64,000 nt of DNA. It comes from Nitrospinales bacterium (GTDB taxonomy: Bacteria > Nitrospinota > Nitrospinia > Nitrospinales > VA-1). Below are positions 1 to 10,229 of the stretch, in pieces; within the stretch, counting starts at the first letter, position 1; every line of letters begins with the position of its first letter. The DNA lies in assembly GCA_965223345.1 (NCBI GenBank), contig CBDCWG010000012.1, positions 2,176,001-2,240,000 on the forward strand. Reading direction: 5' to 3'. Position numbers and translations under genes: made by a program. Below the pieces are notes generated by a model. That model was not told the DNA's origin, ran no database searches, and saw nothing but the letters and a program-made list of their open reading frames with translations.

Positions 1-461
1 TATCCGTATCCGGTTTCCGGACGGCTGGGAGTGATGCCGAGCGTGACCAGATAATCCTGGTCCGCCACTTCGCCTGCGGCCTGCAAAACGCGGCGGAAAT
101 TTTCCGGATCGGCGACGATGTGGTCCGCCGGGAACACGGCCATCACCGCATCGGGATCTTCTTCCGCCAGGATGCGGGCGGCGAAGCCGATGGCGGCGGC
201 GGTGTTTTTGCCGACCGGTTCGGCGAACAGCCGGTTCGGGGAAAAGCCGGTGTCCGCCAGCTGCCGGCAGGCCTCGAACGCATGCAGGGCGTGGGTGACC
301 AGAAGCACCCGCTCCACCGGAATCAGGGGCTGCAACCGGGTCAGGGTGCCCTGCAGCAGGGTCTCGTCGCCGCAAATGTTGAGAAACTGTTTGGGAAACT
401 GTTCCCGGCTTTTCGGCCAGAACCGGGTGCCGCTGCCGCCTGCTAGAATGACGCCGTACAT
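1..461 (-). CDS. manC: Mannose-1-phosphate guanylyltransferase (5' part; runs off window)
   Basis: Manual translation: MYGVILAGGSGTRFWPKSR..PKQFL..EPVGKNTAAAI..VFPADH..LGITPSRPETGYG, hallmark ManC motifs; not in ORF track because truncated. Confidence 0.93.
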   Translation of the reverse strand, partial: MYGVILAGGSGTRFWPKSREQFPKQFLNICGDETLLQGTLTRLQPLIPVERVLLVTHALHAFEACRQLADTGFSPNRLFAEPVGKNTAAAIGFAARILAEEDPDAVMAVFPADHIVADPENFRRVLQAAGEVADQDYLVTLGITPSRPETGYG

Positions 462-687
462 GGGTGGTCTCGTTTGGGGAGAGGGGTTGGAAAAATTCGG
501 GAAATCCTTGAGATTAAAAAGCTTGATCGGACCTTGAATTTGTTTATGATAGGGCTTTCGCACGCAATCTGTGCTGGACCCCGGGTCCGGACTCCGGTTT
601 TTATGAGGATAGATGATGCAGCGCGGTTGCCGGAGCCGGAATCCATTTTAGCGGAAATACCATCCAAGAACTAGAAAAAACCGGAAA

Positions 688-716
688 GCGGACGGGGCGT
701 TGCCGTCCGTTTTTTT
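688..716 (+). terminator. Intrinsic terminator-like hairpin upstream of ZIP gene
   Basis: gcggacgg-ggcgttg-ccgtccgt followed by T-run. Confidence 0.7.
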
Positions 717-787
717 GAACGCGGTTTGAAACTTCAGGGCAGGGGAGAGGGCGTCCCCGCAGCCCGTGGAATGCATCGGTTTTCTTT

Positions 788-1513
788 ATGGAAAAAGCGG
801 TTTTTTATCCTTTCCTGTTTTTCGTGTTTTTGATCACCATGATCGGCGGCTGGATTCCCACCGTGCGGCCGTGGTCGCAGTCCACGTTCCGCATGATCAT
901 CAGCTTTTGCGCGGGGGTTCTGCTGGGTGCGGTTTTCTTCCACATCCTGCCGGAGATCACCTCGGTGCTCGGGGCCACGGTGGGGTATTCGATCATGGCC
1001 GGGTTTCTGATGATCTTCGTGATGGAGAAATTCATCATGGTGCACCCGTGCGAGGAAGGGGAGTGCGACTACCACTCGATCGGCCTGGCGGCCTATGTGG
1101 GGATCGGTTTTCACAGCATTCTCGACGGCATCGCTATCGGGGTCGGCAGCATGATGAACCTGAGCCTGGTGATCATCCTCGCCGTCACGGTGCACAAATT
1201 TCCCGCGGCCCTGGCGCTCAGCAGCCTGTTCGTCAAGGGCGGCACCTACAACCGGAAGAAGATCCTCACCTCGATGTTCATCTTTTCCCTGGCCACGCCG
1301 CTCGGGGCGATCGCGTCGCTGTTCGTGTTTCAGGGGCTCGATCCGCAGATGCTCGCGGTGGCGCTGGGCATTTCCGCAGGCACCTTCCTGTTCATCTCCA
1401 CGGCCGACCTGTTGCCCACGGTGTACGAAGAGCACGACAAAAAAGAGTACAAAAACCTCGTCTGCCTGTGCCTGGGGGTCCTGTTCATGATCCTTTCGCA
1501 CGGGCTGGTGTGA
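788..1513 (+). CDS. ZIP (ZupT/GufA) family divalent metal transporter
   Basis: Multiple TM helices; AGVLLGAVFFHILPE, HSILDGIAIG, HKFP, AGTFLFIS motifs. Confidence 0.9.
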   Translation: MEKAVFYPFLFFVFLITMIGGWIPTVRPWSQSTFRMIISFCAGVLLGAVFFHILPEITSVLGATVGYSIMAGFLMIFVMEKFIMVHPCEEGECDYHSIGLAAYVGIGFHSILDGIAIGVGSMMNLSLVIILAVTVHKFPAALALSSLFVKGGTYNRKKILTSMFIFSLATPLGAIASLFVFQGLDPQMLAVALGISAGTFLFISTADLLPTVYEEHDKKEYKNLVCLCLGVLFMILSHGLV

Positions 1514-1624
1514 TCCGCCCGCCTGAATCCGTTGGGCCCGTTTCCACGATTGCCGTTGGGGAAACCGGCCGCTCTGTGATTCAATAGAGATTCCGCCGCA
1601 TTCTGATTTCGGGACGTCACGCAT

Positions 1625-3382
1625 ATGGGAAACGAATCGTTTCGGGCGCTTCTGCCCTACATGAAACGCTACAGGCGCGAGATGGCGATCGGCATGGCCG
1701 CCCTCTGGGTCACGGACGTGGGCACGCTGGCGATCCCCTGGCTGCTCAAGGAATTCATCGACCTGCTGCCGAAGGAGCCGTCGGCGGCGACGCTGCTCAA
1801 ATATTCCCTGCTGCTGTTCGCGGTGTCGGTCGTCCTGGCTATCGGCCGCTACGGCTGGCGCAAATACATGTTCGGCCCGTCGCGCAAGGTGGAGTTCGAC
1901 ATCCTCAACGGTCTGTTCGAGCACCTGCTGACGCTGGACCGCTTCTTTTTCCAGAAGCACAAGATCGGCGATCTGATCTCGCGCGCTACCAACGACCTGC
2001 GGGCGGTGCGGGATTTTGTCGGCCTGGCGCTGCTGATTCTGGTGGACTCGACCACGGTGATCGTCTGCGCGGTGGTGCTGATGCTGGTGATCCATCCGAT
2101 GCTGACGCTGTGGGTGCTGCTGCCGCTGCCTCTGGTCTCGGTGATCTTTCTGGTGCTGATCCGGGAAATCGGCAAGCGGCACCAGGCGGTGCAGGAGCAC
2201 CTGGCCACGCTCACCGCGCGGGTGCAGGAAAACCTGGCCGGCATCCGCGTTCTGCACGCGTTCGCGCAGGAGGAATTCGAAAAGCAGCGCTTCGATGCGC
2301 TCAACCGCGAGTACATCCGCAAAAACCTCAGCGTGACCCGCCTGTTCGCGGTGCTTTCCCCTTCACTGGTGTTCGTGCTTGGCGTGGCGGCGGTGATCTC
2401 GATCTGGCTGGGCGCCAAGGCGGTGATCGCCGGCGACATGACGCGCGGCGAGTTCGTGGCGTTCAACGGCTACCTGATGCTTTTGTCCTGGCCGATGATG
2501 AGCATCGGTTACGTGACCAACCTCACGCAGAAGGGCTTCGCCGCCATGCAGCGCATCCAGCAAGTGTTCAAGGCCGAGCCGGTCGTGCGCGATGAGGACG
2601 GTGCGGAAAAGGCCGCCTCGATTCGCGGCAGGATCGAGATCCGCGATCTCAAGTTTTCCTACCCCGAAGCGGAATCGCAGAGTCTCAAGGGGATCGACTG
2701 CACGGTGGACGAGGGAGAGAGCCTCGCCATCGTCGGCAAGATCGGCTCGGGAAAAAGCACGCTGGCGCTCATGCTGCCAAGATTGTGGCAGACGGACGCC
2801 GCCGACAGCGTGCGCATCGACGGCAAGCCGGTGCGGGCGTTCCCGCTTTCCGTGCTCAGGGAAAACATCGGCTACGTGGACCAGGAACCTTATCTTTTTT
2901 CCCTGTCGATCCGCGACAACATCGCTTTGGGGCGGAAAGGCGCGACGCCGCAGGAGATCGACCGGGCGGTGGAATTTTCCGGGCTGCTGCCGGACCTCGA
3001 ACGCTTTCCGCAGGGGCTGGACACGCTGGTGGGCGAGCGCGGCGTGTCGCTTTCCGGCGGGCAGAAGCAGCGCATCGCGCTGGCGCGCGCCCTGATCAAG
3101 GAGCCGCGCATCCTGATTCTGGACGATGCGTTTTCCAGCCTGGACGTGGAAACGGAAGAAACCATCCTGAAAAGCATCCGCGCCTACATGAAAAACACCA
3201 CCACGGTGATCATCACGCACCGGTTGTCGATCGCCGCCTACGTGGACCAGATCATCGTGCTGGATGCGGGCACCGTCGCTGAGCGCGGCACGCATGCGGC
3301 GCTGCTCAAGCAGGGCGGGGCGTACGCGCAGATGCTGCGCAACCAGGCGCTGGCGCGGGAAATGGAAATCGAGCTGCAATGA
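1625..3382 (+). CDS. ABC exporter fused permease/ATPase, MdlA/TM287-like half
   Basis: N-terminal TMD, Walker A GKIGSGKST, LSGGQKQR signature, degenerate Walker B LDDAFS. Confidence 0.92.
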   Translation: MGNESFRALLPYMKRYRREMAIGMAALWVTDVGTLAIPWLLKEFIDLLPKEPSAATLLKYSLLLFAVSVVLAIGRYGWRKYMFGPSRKVEFDILNGLFEHLLTLDRFFFQKHKIGDLISRATNDLRAVRDFVGLALLILVDSTTVIVCAVVLMLVIHPMLTLWVLLPLPLVSVIFLVLIREIGKRHQAVQEHLATLTARVQENLAGIRVLHAFAQEEFEKQRFDALNREYIRKNLSVTRLFAVLSPSLVFVLGVAAVISIWLGAKAVIAGDMTRGEFVAFNGYLMLLSWPMMSIGYVTNLTQKGFAAMQRIQQVFKAEPVVRDEDGAEKAASIRGRIEIRDLKFSYPEAESQSLKGIDCTVDEGESLAIVGKIGSGKSTLALMLPRLWQTDAADSVRIDGKPVRAFPLSVLRENIGYVDQEPYLFSLSIRDNIALGRKGATPQEIDRAVEFSGLLPDLERFPQGLDTLVGERGVSLSGGQKQRIALARALIKEPRILILDDAFSSLDVETEETILKSIRAYMKNTTTVIITHRLSIAAYVDQIIVLDAGTVAERGTHAALLKQGGAYAQMLRNQALAREMEIELQ

Positions 3383-5205
3383 ACGACACGCACCGGGAAA
3401 ACCTGAGCGACCGCTATCTCGACTGGACGCTGTTCAAGCGTATCCTGTCCTACCTGAAGCCGTACCGGCTGCTGGTGGCGCTGGCGATCTTTTTTCTGTT
3501 CGCGGTCTCGCTGCGCGATCTGGCCGGCCCTTACTTCACCAAGATCGTCATCGACGATCACATCATGCCGGAGCAGCTTGCCGGGCTCGACAAGGTGGCG
3601 CTGATCTTTTTCGCGGTGCTGATTCTGGGCTTCGTGTTGCAGTTTCTGCAGATGATCCTGATGCAGTACATCGGCCAGAAGGTGATGTACGATCTCAGGA
3701 CCCAGGTGTTCGCCCATCTGCACCGCATGTCCTTCAGTTTTTTCGACAAGAACCCCATCGGCAAGATGGTGACGCGCGTGGTCAACGACGTGGAAGTGCT
3801 GAACGAGATGCTGACCTCGGGCCTCATCCTGATCTTCAGCGACCTGTTCACGCTGGGCGGTATCTTTATCGTCATGCTGTTTCTCGACTGGCGGCTCACG
3901 CTGGTGGTGTGCGCGGTGTTCCCGCTGCTCTATCTCGCCACCCGCGCCTACCGCACGCGCGCGCGCGACGCGCTGCGCAAAAACCGCGCGCACATCACCA
4001 CGCTCAATACGTTTCTGGAAGAGAATTTGTCGGGGATGTCCACGGTGCAGCTGTTCAACCGGGAAAAGGACCACCTGAAAAAATTCGTGGGCATCAACGC
4101 CGACAAGCTGAAAGAAGACCTGCGCTCGCTGCATTACAACTCGGTGTACCTGCCCTCGATCGACCTGTTCGCCTCGCTGGGGATCGGTCTGGTGATCTGG
4201 TACGGCGGTGGCCGGTTCGTGCAGGAGGAAATCCAGCTCGGCGTCCTGGTGGCGTTTTTGCAGTACCTGGGGAAATTTTTCGAACCGATCCGCGATCTGG
4301 CGGAGAAGTTCAACATCATCCAGACGGCGATGGCCTCTTCGGAGCGGATCTTCGAGCTGCTCGACACGCCCGAGGAGATCAAAAATCCGGAGCGGCCCAC
4401 CGCTGTGAAAAAAATTCGTGGCAACGTGGAATTCAGGAACGTGTGGTTCGCCTACAAGGGGGACAACCACGTCCTGAAAAACGTCTCTTTTTCGGTGCAG
4501 GAGGGTGAGAGCCTGGCCATCGTCGGCGCCACCGGATCGGGAAAATCCACCATCATCAACACGCTGTGCCGGTTTTACGACATCCAGAAAGGCGAAATTC
4601 TGATCGACGGCGTGCCGGTGCGGGCCATGAGCAAGCACGATCTGAGGCGGCAGATCGCCCTTGTGCAGCAGGACGTGTTCTTGTTTTCCGGCGACATCCG
4701 CGACAACATCCGGCTGGGCAATACCCAGCTCGGCCAGGCGGAGATCGAATCGATCAGCCAGGCGGTGAACTCGCACCATTTCATCGACAACCTGCCGCTC
4801 AAATACGAGCAGGACATCCGCGAAGGCGGCAAGCTGCTGTCGCTCGGGCAAAAGCAGCTGCTTTCCTTCGCCCGCGCGCTGGCCGTGGACCCGCGCATCC
4901 TGATCCTCGATGAAGCGACCTCAAGCGTGGACACCAAGACCGAGCAGGACATCCAGAACGCCATCCGCGATATGATCCGCGGCCGCACGTCGATCATCAT
5001 CGCGCACCGGTTGTCCACGTTGAAACATGTGGACAAGGTGCTGGTGCTCAAAAAAGGCGAGGTGGCCGAATTCGGCACGCAGCAGGAGCTATTGAAGAAA
5101 AAGGGGATCTTTCACAGCCTGTATCAGTTGCAGCAGGGACAGGTGGAAACCGCTCCCGCCCGGGAAAAAAAATCCCCGGTGGATTCCACAGATCCTTCTT
5201 CCTGA
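3379..5205 (+). CDS. ABC exporter fused permease/ATPase, MdlB/TM288-like half
   Basis: TMD, GATGSGKST, degenerate signature LSLGQKQ, Walker B LDEATS; ATGA overlap with partner. Confidence 0.92.
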   Translation: MNDTHRENLSDRYLDWTLFKRILSYLKPYRLLVALAIFFLFAVSLRDLAGPYFTKIVIDDHIMPEQLAGLDKVALIFFAVLILGFVLQFLQMILMQYIGQKVMYDLRTQVFAHLHRMSFSFFDKNPIGKMVTRVVNDVEVLNEMLTSGLILIFSDLFTLGGIFIVMLFLDWRLTLVVCAVFPLLYLATRAYRTRARDALRKNRAHITTLNTFLEENLSGMSTVQLFNREKDHLKKFVGINADKLKEDLRSLHYNSVYLPSIDLFASLGIGLVIWYGGGRFVQEEIQLGVLVAFLQYLGKFFEPIRDLAEKFNIIQTAMASSERIFELLDTPEEIKNPERPTAVKKIRGNVEFRNVWFAYKGDNHVLKNVSFSVQEGESLAIVGATGSGKSTIINTLCRFYDIQKGEILIDGVPVRAMSKHDLRRQIALVQQDVFLFSGDIRDNIRLGNTQLGQAEIESISQAVNSHHFIDNLPLKYEQDIREGGKLLSLGQKQLLSFARALAVDPRILILDEATSSVDTKTEQDIQNAIRDMIRGRTSIIIAHRLSTLKHVDKVLVLKKGEVAEFGTQQELLKKKGIFHSLYQLQQGQVETAPAREKKSPVDSTDPSS

Positions 5206-5350
5206 AAAACCGCCGATTTTCCCGCTTTTCACCGCATCCCCGCCCGCCGGAGCACCGCTAAACCCATATTATTCATTGCTTTGAGAGCATTATCTGTTAA
5301 CCTGAATGGACACCAAAAACTTATTGATTTCAATGATTTAAGGAAAAGTC

Positions 5351-5947
5351 ATGGGCGTCACCCGTCAAGTTCCCAAAACCCGCGGCCACCTCATCAAGAC
5401 CCTGGACGGCATCCCGTTTTTCAATGTTTTCAAGCCTGAGGAGAAAAAGGAATTTGCCTCTTCGGACAACTACATGCTCGACTGCGACGACGGCACCACC
5501 ATCGTGGAGCAGGGAGACATCGACTTTTCGCTGTATATCCTGATGAACGGCGAGGTCGTGCTGACCCGCAAGGAAGCGCCCGAAATGGCCATCACCACCC
5601 TGAAACCGGGGGCGGTGTTCGGGGAGATTTCCCTCATCCACCGCAACCCGCGTCCCACCAATGTGATCGCCAAGGGCAAGGTCAAGCTGTTCCGGCTCGA
5701 CGGGGAGGTGTTCAACAAGCTGAGCCTGCCGGTGCAGATGAAGTTCAAGGATCAGTTCATCGGCGTGCTCATCAAGCGGATCGAGGAAGTGAACCACACG
5801 CTGCTGAACCTCAAAACCGAGCTCGACAAGGTCTCCAGCGCCAGCAACAAATTCCGCGCCGATTACCACAACATCCTGAAAAGCGGCGCCCGTCTGGAAG
5901 GCGTGTTCGAGAACATGGGCGATATGATCGACAAGCTGGTGCGCTGA
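5351..5947 (+). CDS. Cyclic nucleotide-binding domain protein with C-terminal coiled coil
   Basis: IVEQGD..LYILMNGEV..GAVFGEISL..PRPTNVIA cNMP pattern; no HTH evident. Confidence 0.8.
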   Translation: MGVTRQVPKTRGHLIKTLDGIPFFNVFKPEEKKEFASSDNYMLDCDDGTTIVEQGDIDFSLYILMNGEVVLTRKEAPEMAITTLKPGAVFGEISLIHRNPRPTNVIAKGKVKLFRLDGEVFNKLSLPVQMKFKDQFIGVLIKRIEEVNHTLLNLKTELDKVSSASNKFRADYHNILKSGARLEGVFENMGDMIDKLVR

Positions 5948-5993
5948 ATCCCCGCTTTTTCCAACCCAACCCTCCATTTTCGTTTTGCCGTGC

Positions 5994-6041
5994 TTGACAA
6001 TCCATCCTGCGTGGGCTATTATTCAACCATATGGTTGAATA
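5994..6041 (+). promoter_or_regulatory. Sigma70 promoter plus 22-bp palindromic operator overlapping the ArsR start codon
   Basis: TTGACA(5994)-17bp-TATTAT(6017); perfect palindrome TATTCAACCATATGGTTGAATA at 6020-6041. Confidence 0.8.
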
Positions 6042-6375
6042 TAAAGAATCGCAGTTGAACCGGGTTTTCCACGCTCTCGCCGATCCGACCCGGCGGCGCA
6101 TCCTCACGCAAACGGCGAAACGGCCGCAACGGGTGACCGCGCTGGCGGAATCGTTCGCGATGTCGCTCAACGGGGTGTCCAAGCACATCAAGGTGCTGGA
6201 GGCGGCCGGGCTTTTGCTGCGGCACAAGGAGGGCCGGGTGCACCACTGCCGCATGGACCCGCGGCCACTGGCGGAGGCGGAAAAATTCATCCGCCATCAT
6301 CGCAAGTTCTGGAACGAGCAGCTGGATTCTTTGCAACGGTTTCTAAACGAAGCGAATCGAGGGAATGAAAAATGA
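6031..6375 (+). CDS. ArsR/SmtB family transcriptional regulator
   Basis: VFHALADPTRRRIL..VSKHIKVLEAAGLL..EGRVH. Confidence 0.92.
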   Translation: MVEYKESQLNRVFHALADPTRRRILTQTAKRPQRVTALAESFAMSLNGVSKHIKVLEAAGLLLRHKEGRVHHCRMDPRPLAEAEKFIRHHRKFWNEQLDSLQRFLNEANRGNEK

Positions 6376-6797
6376 AAAAGACCGCCGTGGTGCTGCGCCG
6401 CACGCTGCCGGCCTCTCCGCAACGGGTGTTTCAGGCCTGGTCCGATCCCGAATTGATGCAGCGCTGGCTGTTTCCGGATATGTGCATGCAGGTCGAAGTC
6501 GAGGCGGACTTTCGCGTCGGCGGCGCGTACACCCTTTTGATGCGCAACGATCAGGGCGAAACGTTTCCTCACAAAGGGGTTTACAAAGAGATCGTTGTGA
6601 ACGAGAAGATCGTGTTTACCTGGAGTTCGGACTGGGTGGACGATTCGCTGGTTACCGTCGAGTTGAAAGCGGCGGGGGAGGAAACCGAACTCACGCTGAC
6701 GCACGAGCTGCCCGACCGCGACGGATTGGCCGAAGAACACAAAGGCGGCTGGACCGGTGCGCTGGACAACCTGCTGGCGTTTTGCAAACAAGGATAA
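6372..6797 (+). CDS. SRPBCC/AHSA1 (START-like) domain protein
   Basis: RVFQAWSDPELMQRW..DFRVGG..KIVFTW..GWTGALDNL; typical ArsR partner. Confidence 0.88.
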   Translation: MKKTAVVLRRTLPASPQRVFQAWSDPELMQRWLFPDMCMQVEVEADFRVGGAYTLLMRNDQGETFPHKGVYKEIVVNEKIVFTWSSDWVDDSLVTVELKAAGEETELTLTHELPDRDGLAEEHKGGWTGALDNLLAFCKQG

Positions 6798-6906
6798 TTA
6801 TTATTGTCACTGCCTGCCGAGTGCGGCCATCCCGGCCGCATTTTCTTTGATCTTTCCTTTATATTCCAATAAAATCAATAGGTTATTAATTATTTTCGCG
6901 AGTTCC

Positions 6907-7608
6907 ATGAACGGTTTTCTCCGTCGATACTGCTATGGCGTCCTCGCGCTGGTGCTGGCACTTGTCTGCGGCTGCTCGGCGCTCAAAACCACCTACCGGG
7001 TCGGCAAGGGGACGGTGAAGGGCACGGTCTGGGCGGTGAAGGGGGCCTATCAGCTGACCGCCGGGACCACGAAACTCGCCTACAATATCGGCAAGTTCAC
7101 CTTCGAAGTGGTGCGCGCGCCGCTGGACTGGCCGCTGATGAACGAGGACATCGAGGAGATCGGCGGCATGCCGGTGAAAGAAGCGATCCAAAAGGGCAAG
7201 GTGAAAAACTCGCCCTACACCGTGAAAGGCAAGCGTTACTATCCGATGACGGTCGCCAAGGCGCAGGATTACGACGAGACCGGTGTCGCTTCCTGGTACG
7301 GCAACGAGACGCTCAGGCAGAAGGACGGCCACATGACGGCGAACGGCGAGGCGTTCAACCCCAAGGGCCTGTCCGCCGCGCACAAGCTGCTGCCGCTGCC
7401 CACCAATGTGAAGGTCACCAACCTGGAAAACGGCCGTTCGGTGATCGTGCGCGTCAACGACCGCGGACCGTTTCCCAGCATCCACAACCCGCATTCCGGC
7501 AAGCGCATCATCGATCTTTCCGCCGGCGCCGCGAAAAAACTCGGTTATTTCCGCAAAGGCACAGCGCGGGTGCGCGTCGAGACCGTGCAAATCACCGGAG
7601 TGGGGTAG
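6907..7608 (+). CDS. rlpA: RlpA-family lytic transglycosylase lipoprotein (DPBB domain, no SPOR)
   Basis: Lipobox VCGC; PYTVKGKRY, GVASWYG, TANGE, AAHKLLPLPT, VRVNDRGPF, RIIDLS; start reassigned to ATG 6907. Confidence 0.88.
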   Translation: MNGFLRRYCYGVLALVLALVCGCSALKTTYRVGKGTVKGTVWAVKGAYQLTAGTTKLAYNIGKFTFEVVRAPLDWPLMNEDIEEIGGMPVKEAIQKGKVKNSPYTVKGKRYYPMTVAKAQDYDETGVASWYGNETLRQKDGHMTANGEAFNPKGLSAAHKLLPLPTNVKVTNLENGRSVIVRVNDRGPFPSIHNPHSGKRIIDLSAGAAKKLGYFRKGTARVRVETVQITGVG

Positions 7609-7762
7609 AGTGCGGGGCGTATGACGGAAAACCAAAAGCGTTCTCGCGTAAAGGCGCGAAGACGTAAAGAAACTTTGAAAGGGTTTGAGGCAAATATCAT
7701 GTTGAGTCTTTCGACCGTAGCATGAGGTCGCTTATTGCGAGGAGGAAAAATTGAAATTCCCT

Positions 7763-9307
7763 TTACGGAAAAACTTTAACAGGTTCGTCTCTTAAGGTCA
7801 CTCCCAGGACTTTCAGCTTGAACGTAACTGGGAAGTCTGACTTGTTCGTGACAGTGAGCCTTCGTATAAAACCCGAATTCCCAGGATCACGGACGTTATC
7901 CCATCTGTAGGTTATCCTTCCGTTCACTGTGGTCGGATAAACGCTTTCTAAATAAAACTGATGCCTGTCTTGGCGTTCAAAATGAGAGCCATGCTTCCCA
8001 TTAGCTTGAACAGAAGCGGTCTTATTCATCAACTCGGTTTTTATCAGTTCTGTAATCGTGGGTGGCGGATCTAAATTGATCTTTACTACTTTCAGCTTGA
8101 ACGTAACTAGGAAGTCTGACTTGTTCTTAACGGTGAGCCTTCTTATAAACCTTGAATTTCCTGGATCACGCACATTATCCCACTCGTAAGTTATCCTTCC
8201 GTTCACCGTAGTCGGGTAAACGCTTTCTAAATAAAACTGATGCCTGTCTTGCATTTCAAAATGAAATCCGTGCTTCCCATTAGCTTGAACAGAAGCGGTC
8301 TCGTTCATTTCCACAGTATGCGGAACTTTGGCTAATGAAACAGGACTGACTTTGTGTCTGAAACTAACTGGGAAGTCAGATTGATTTAAAACAGTGAGCC
8401 GCCTTATAAATCTCGACGGACCGGGGTCACGCACATTATCCCATTCGTATCTCAAAATCCCATTGATTGTCAGGGGGTAGACGCTGACTAGGTTGAATTG
8501 ATGTTGATCTCGACTTTCAAAGTGAAAACTATGTGTACTATTGGCTTTAACAGTTGATGTATCTGGGTAAATCCAATTATATGCCAAGTCGGTTGGGTCA
8601 TAATTTCCAGGTAAAGATGATGCAACACCTACAATATTTCCAGCAGCATTTAGCGCCGGTCCACCGGAGTCGCCAAGGCAAGCTCCCGCAGTATTTGTCC
8701 CAATTCTCAACGTGACGTTACCCGTTGATATTTCGTGCAACGGTAATGTTACTTTGCGCTTTCCTTGGGGAATGGGTGGATCAGTGATGCAGGCACTACC
8801 GCCTGTTCCAAATCCTATTATAGTGAGACTTTCTCCCAGTTTTGGACGTTGAGTAGGCAACTCCAAGGGAATCGGTTTCACAAGGGCAATGTCGGTTGCC
8901 TTTTGATTTAAACGAACGATTGCGAAGTCATTGCTCAACCAATTTGAATCGGTAGCGAATTTTGGGTGGAGGCTGACTGATCCTGTCATGTTTATGTTTC
9001 GACGTGTCGTGGGGGAGTCAATTGGACGGATATTTCTCAGTGTAAAGATTGCCTGGGAGGCGCACCCTTCCCTGGATTCATCCTCAGGGCAGACACAATG
9101 AGCTGCGGTGAGTACAAGATCAGGTTCAATCAATGTCGCTGTACATACTCCATTTAAACTCCCAACGGCTTCAAATTCTGTCACTGGAACGGGATCACCA
9201 TTTTTTATTGAATGCGTAGAAGACCCTATATCGTCAGAGTAAGCCAATTCATTCATTAGAAGCATGCTTAATAAAACGATTAACAATTGACTGCATATGG
9301 AGCGCAT
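7763..9307 (-). CDS. Secreted S1 (chymotrypsin-fold) serine protease with three C-terminal tandem repeats
   Basis: Signal peptide; LTAAHC, NDFAIV, GDSGGP catalytic triad motifs; visibly AT-rich. Confidence 0.88.
   Translation of the reverse strand: MRSICSQLLIVLLSMLLMNELAYSDDIGSSTHSIKNGDPVPVTEFEAVGSLNGVCTATLIEPDLVLTAAHCVCPEDESREGCASQAIFTLRNIRPIDSPTTRRNINMTGSVSLHPKFATDSNWLSNDFAIVRLNQKATDIALVKPIPLELPTQRPKLGESLTIIGFGTGGSACITDPPIPQGKRKVTLPLHEISTGNVTLRIGTNTAGACLGDSGGPALNAAGNIVGVASSLPGNYDPTDLAYNWIYPDTSTVKANSTHSFHFESRDQHQFNLVSVYPLTINGILRYEWDNVRDPGPSRFIRRLTVLNQSDFPVSFRHKVSPVSLAKVPHTVEMNETASVQANGKHGFHFEMQDRHQFYLESVYPTTVNGRITYEWDNVRDPGNSRFIRRLTVKNKSDFLVTFKLKVVKINLDPPPTITELIKTELMNKTASVQANGKHGSHFERQDRHQFYLESVYPTTVNGRITYRWDNVRDPGNSGFIRRLTVTNKSDFPVTFKLKVLGVTLRDEPVKVFP
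7808..8560 (-). repeat. Three intragenic ~70-aa domain repeats
   Basis: Units with SVYP..NG..Y.WDNVRDPG.S.FIRRLTV.N.SDF.V.F; DNA offsets 279 and 261 bp. Confidence 0.9.
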
Positions 9308-9783
9308 TTTATACCTTCTTTCTAAATTGGTATCTTCAGATATCTATTAATACTTTTGGAGGTGTTCCATATAAAGTCCCAGAACCTTCAACTATTAGGC
9401 TGAGAGTGAGAAACAATTCTTTGTAGTGAATTGAAATATAGATGTAATTGGGTAGGGTAAATATCGTTGAGACTCTATTTCCTCTGTCATACTTTGTACT
9501 ATGGTTGACGGATCTATCCATCTGGAAAACGAACCACCAATTGAAGCCTGTAAATGCTTTAGATCGAGATTGGTCCGCTCAGGTGCGCTTGGAGGAGTTG
9601 TGATCATCCCAAAAGAAATTCTGCACGAGGTGTTTGCCGCTTGTGTCGAGCGGGCTAGAATCATTAATGTGTTTGATGATCCTATTCAAAAAGGCGGTGG
9701 CGGATACGGGCAAGAAAAAGCTGATCATGCCGGTGCTCGATGAACTGTGCATTGAAACCACCCAGAATTTGGGAGGTGGGACT

Positions 9784-10224
9784 TTAAAGCGTCAGCGTGT
9801 AGCGGTAAAACGAGCGGTCGCGCTCGTAGCCGAGGGACTCATACAGTTTTTGCGCGGAATAGTTGGCGATCTGAGTGGCCAGTTCGATGCGCAGCGCGCC
9901 GGTCTGGATCGCGTGCTGTCTAGCCGTTTCCATGAGCCGGCGGGCGACGTTCGTGCGCCGCTGCCCTTTGTCAACGTACAGGTCGTTCAGGATCCAGATG
10001 GGTTGCATGCTCACGGATGAAAAGCCGGGATACAGCTGGGTGAAGCCCGCCAGCACGCCGTCCTGCTCCGCCGCGTAGATCACCGAATCATTTTTTTGCA
10101 GCCGGTCGCGGATGAACGCCTCGGACCCTTGCGGGTCGGAGGGCTGCTGGTAAAAAACGCGGTAGCGGTCGAACAATTCAGCCAGTTGCTTCAGGTGCCC
10201 GGGGTTCGCCCGTGTGATCTGCAT
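9784..10224 (-). CDS. GNAT family N-acetyltransferase
   Basis: LFDRYRVFY..GFTQLYPGFSSV..WILNDLYV..AQKLYESLGY; start reassigned to ATG 10224. Confidence 0.88.
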   Translation of the reverse strand: MQITRANPGHLKQLAELFDRYRVFYQQPSDPQGSEAFIRDRLQKNDSVIYAAEQDGVLAGFTQLYPGFSSVSMQPIWILNDLYVDKGQRRTNVARRLMETARQHAIQTGALRIELATQIANYSAQKLYESLGYERDRSFYRYTLTL

Positions 10225-10229
10225 GGGAG

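Noticed and set aside
9336..9780. AT-rich short ORFs upstream of the protease as a pseudogene
   Set aside because: No recognisable motif; cannot be supported
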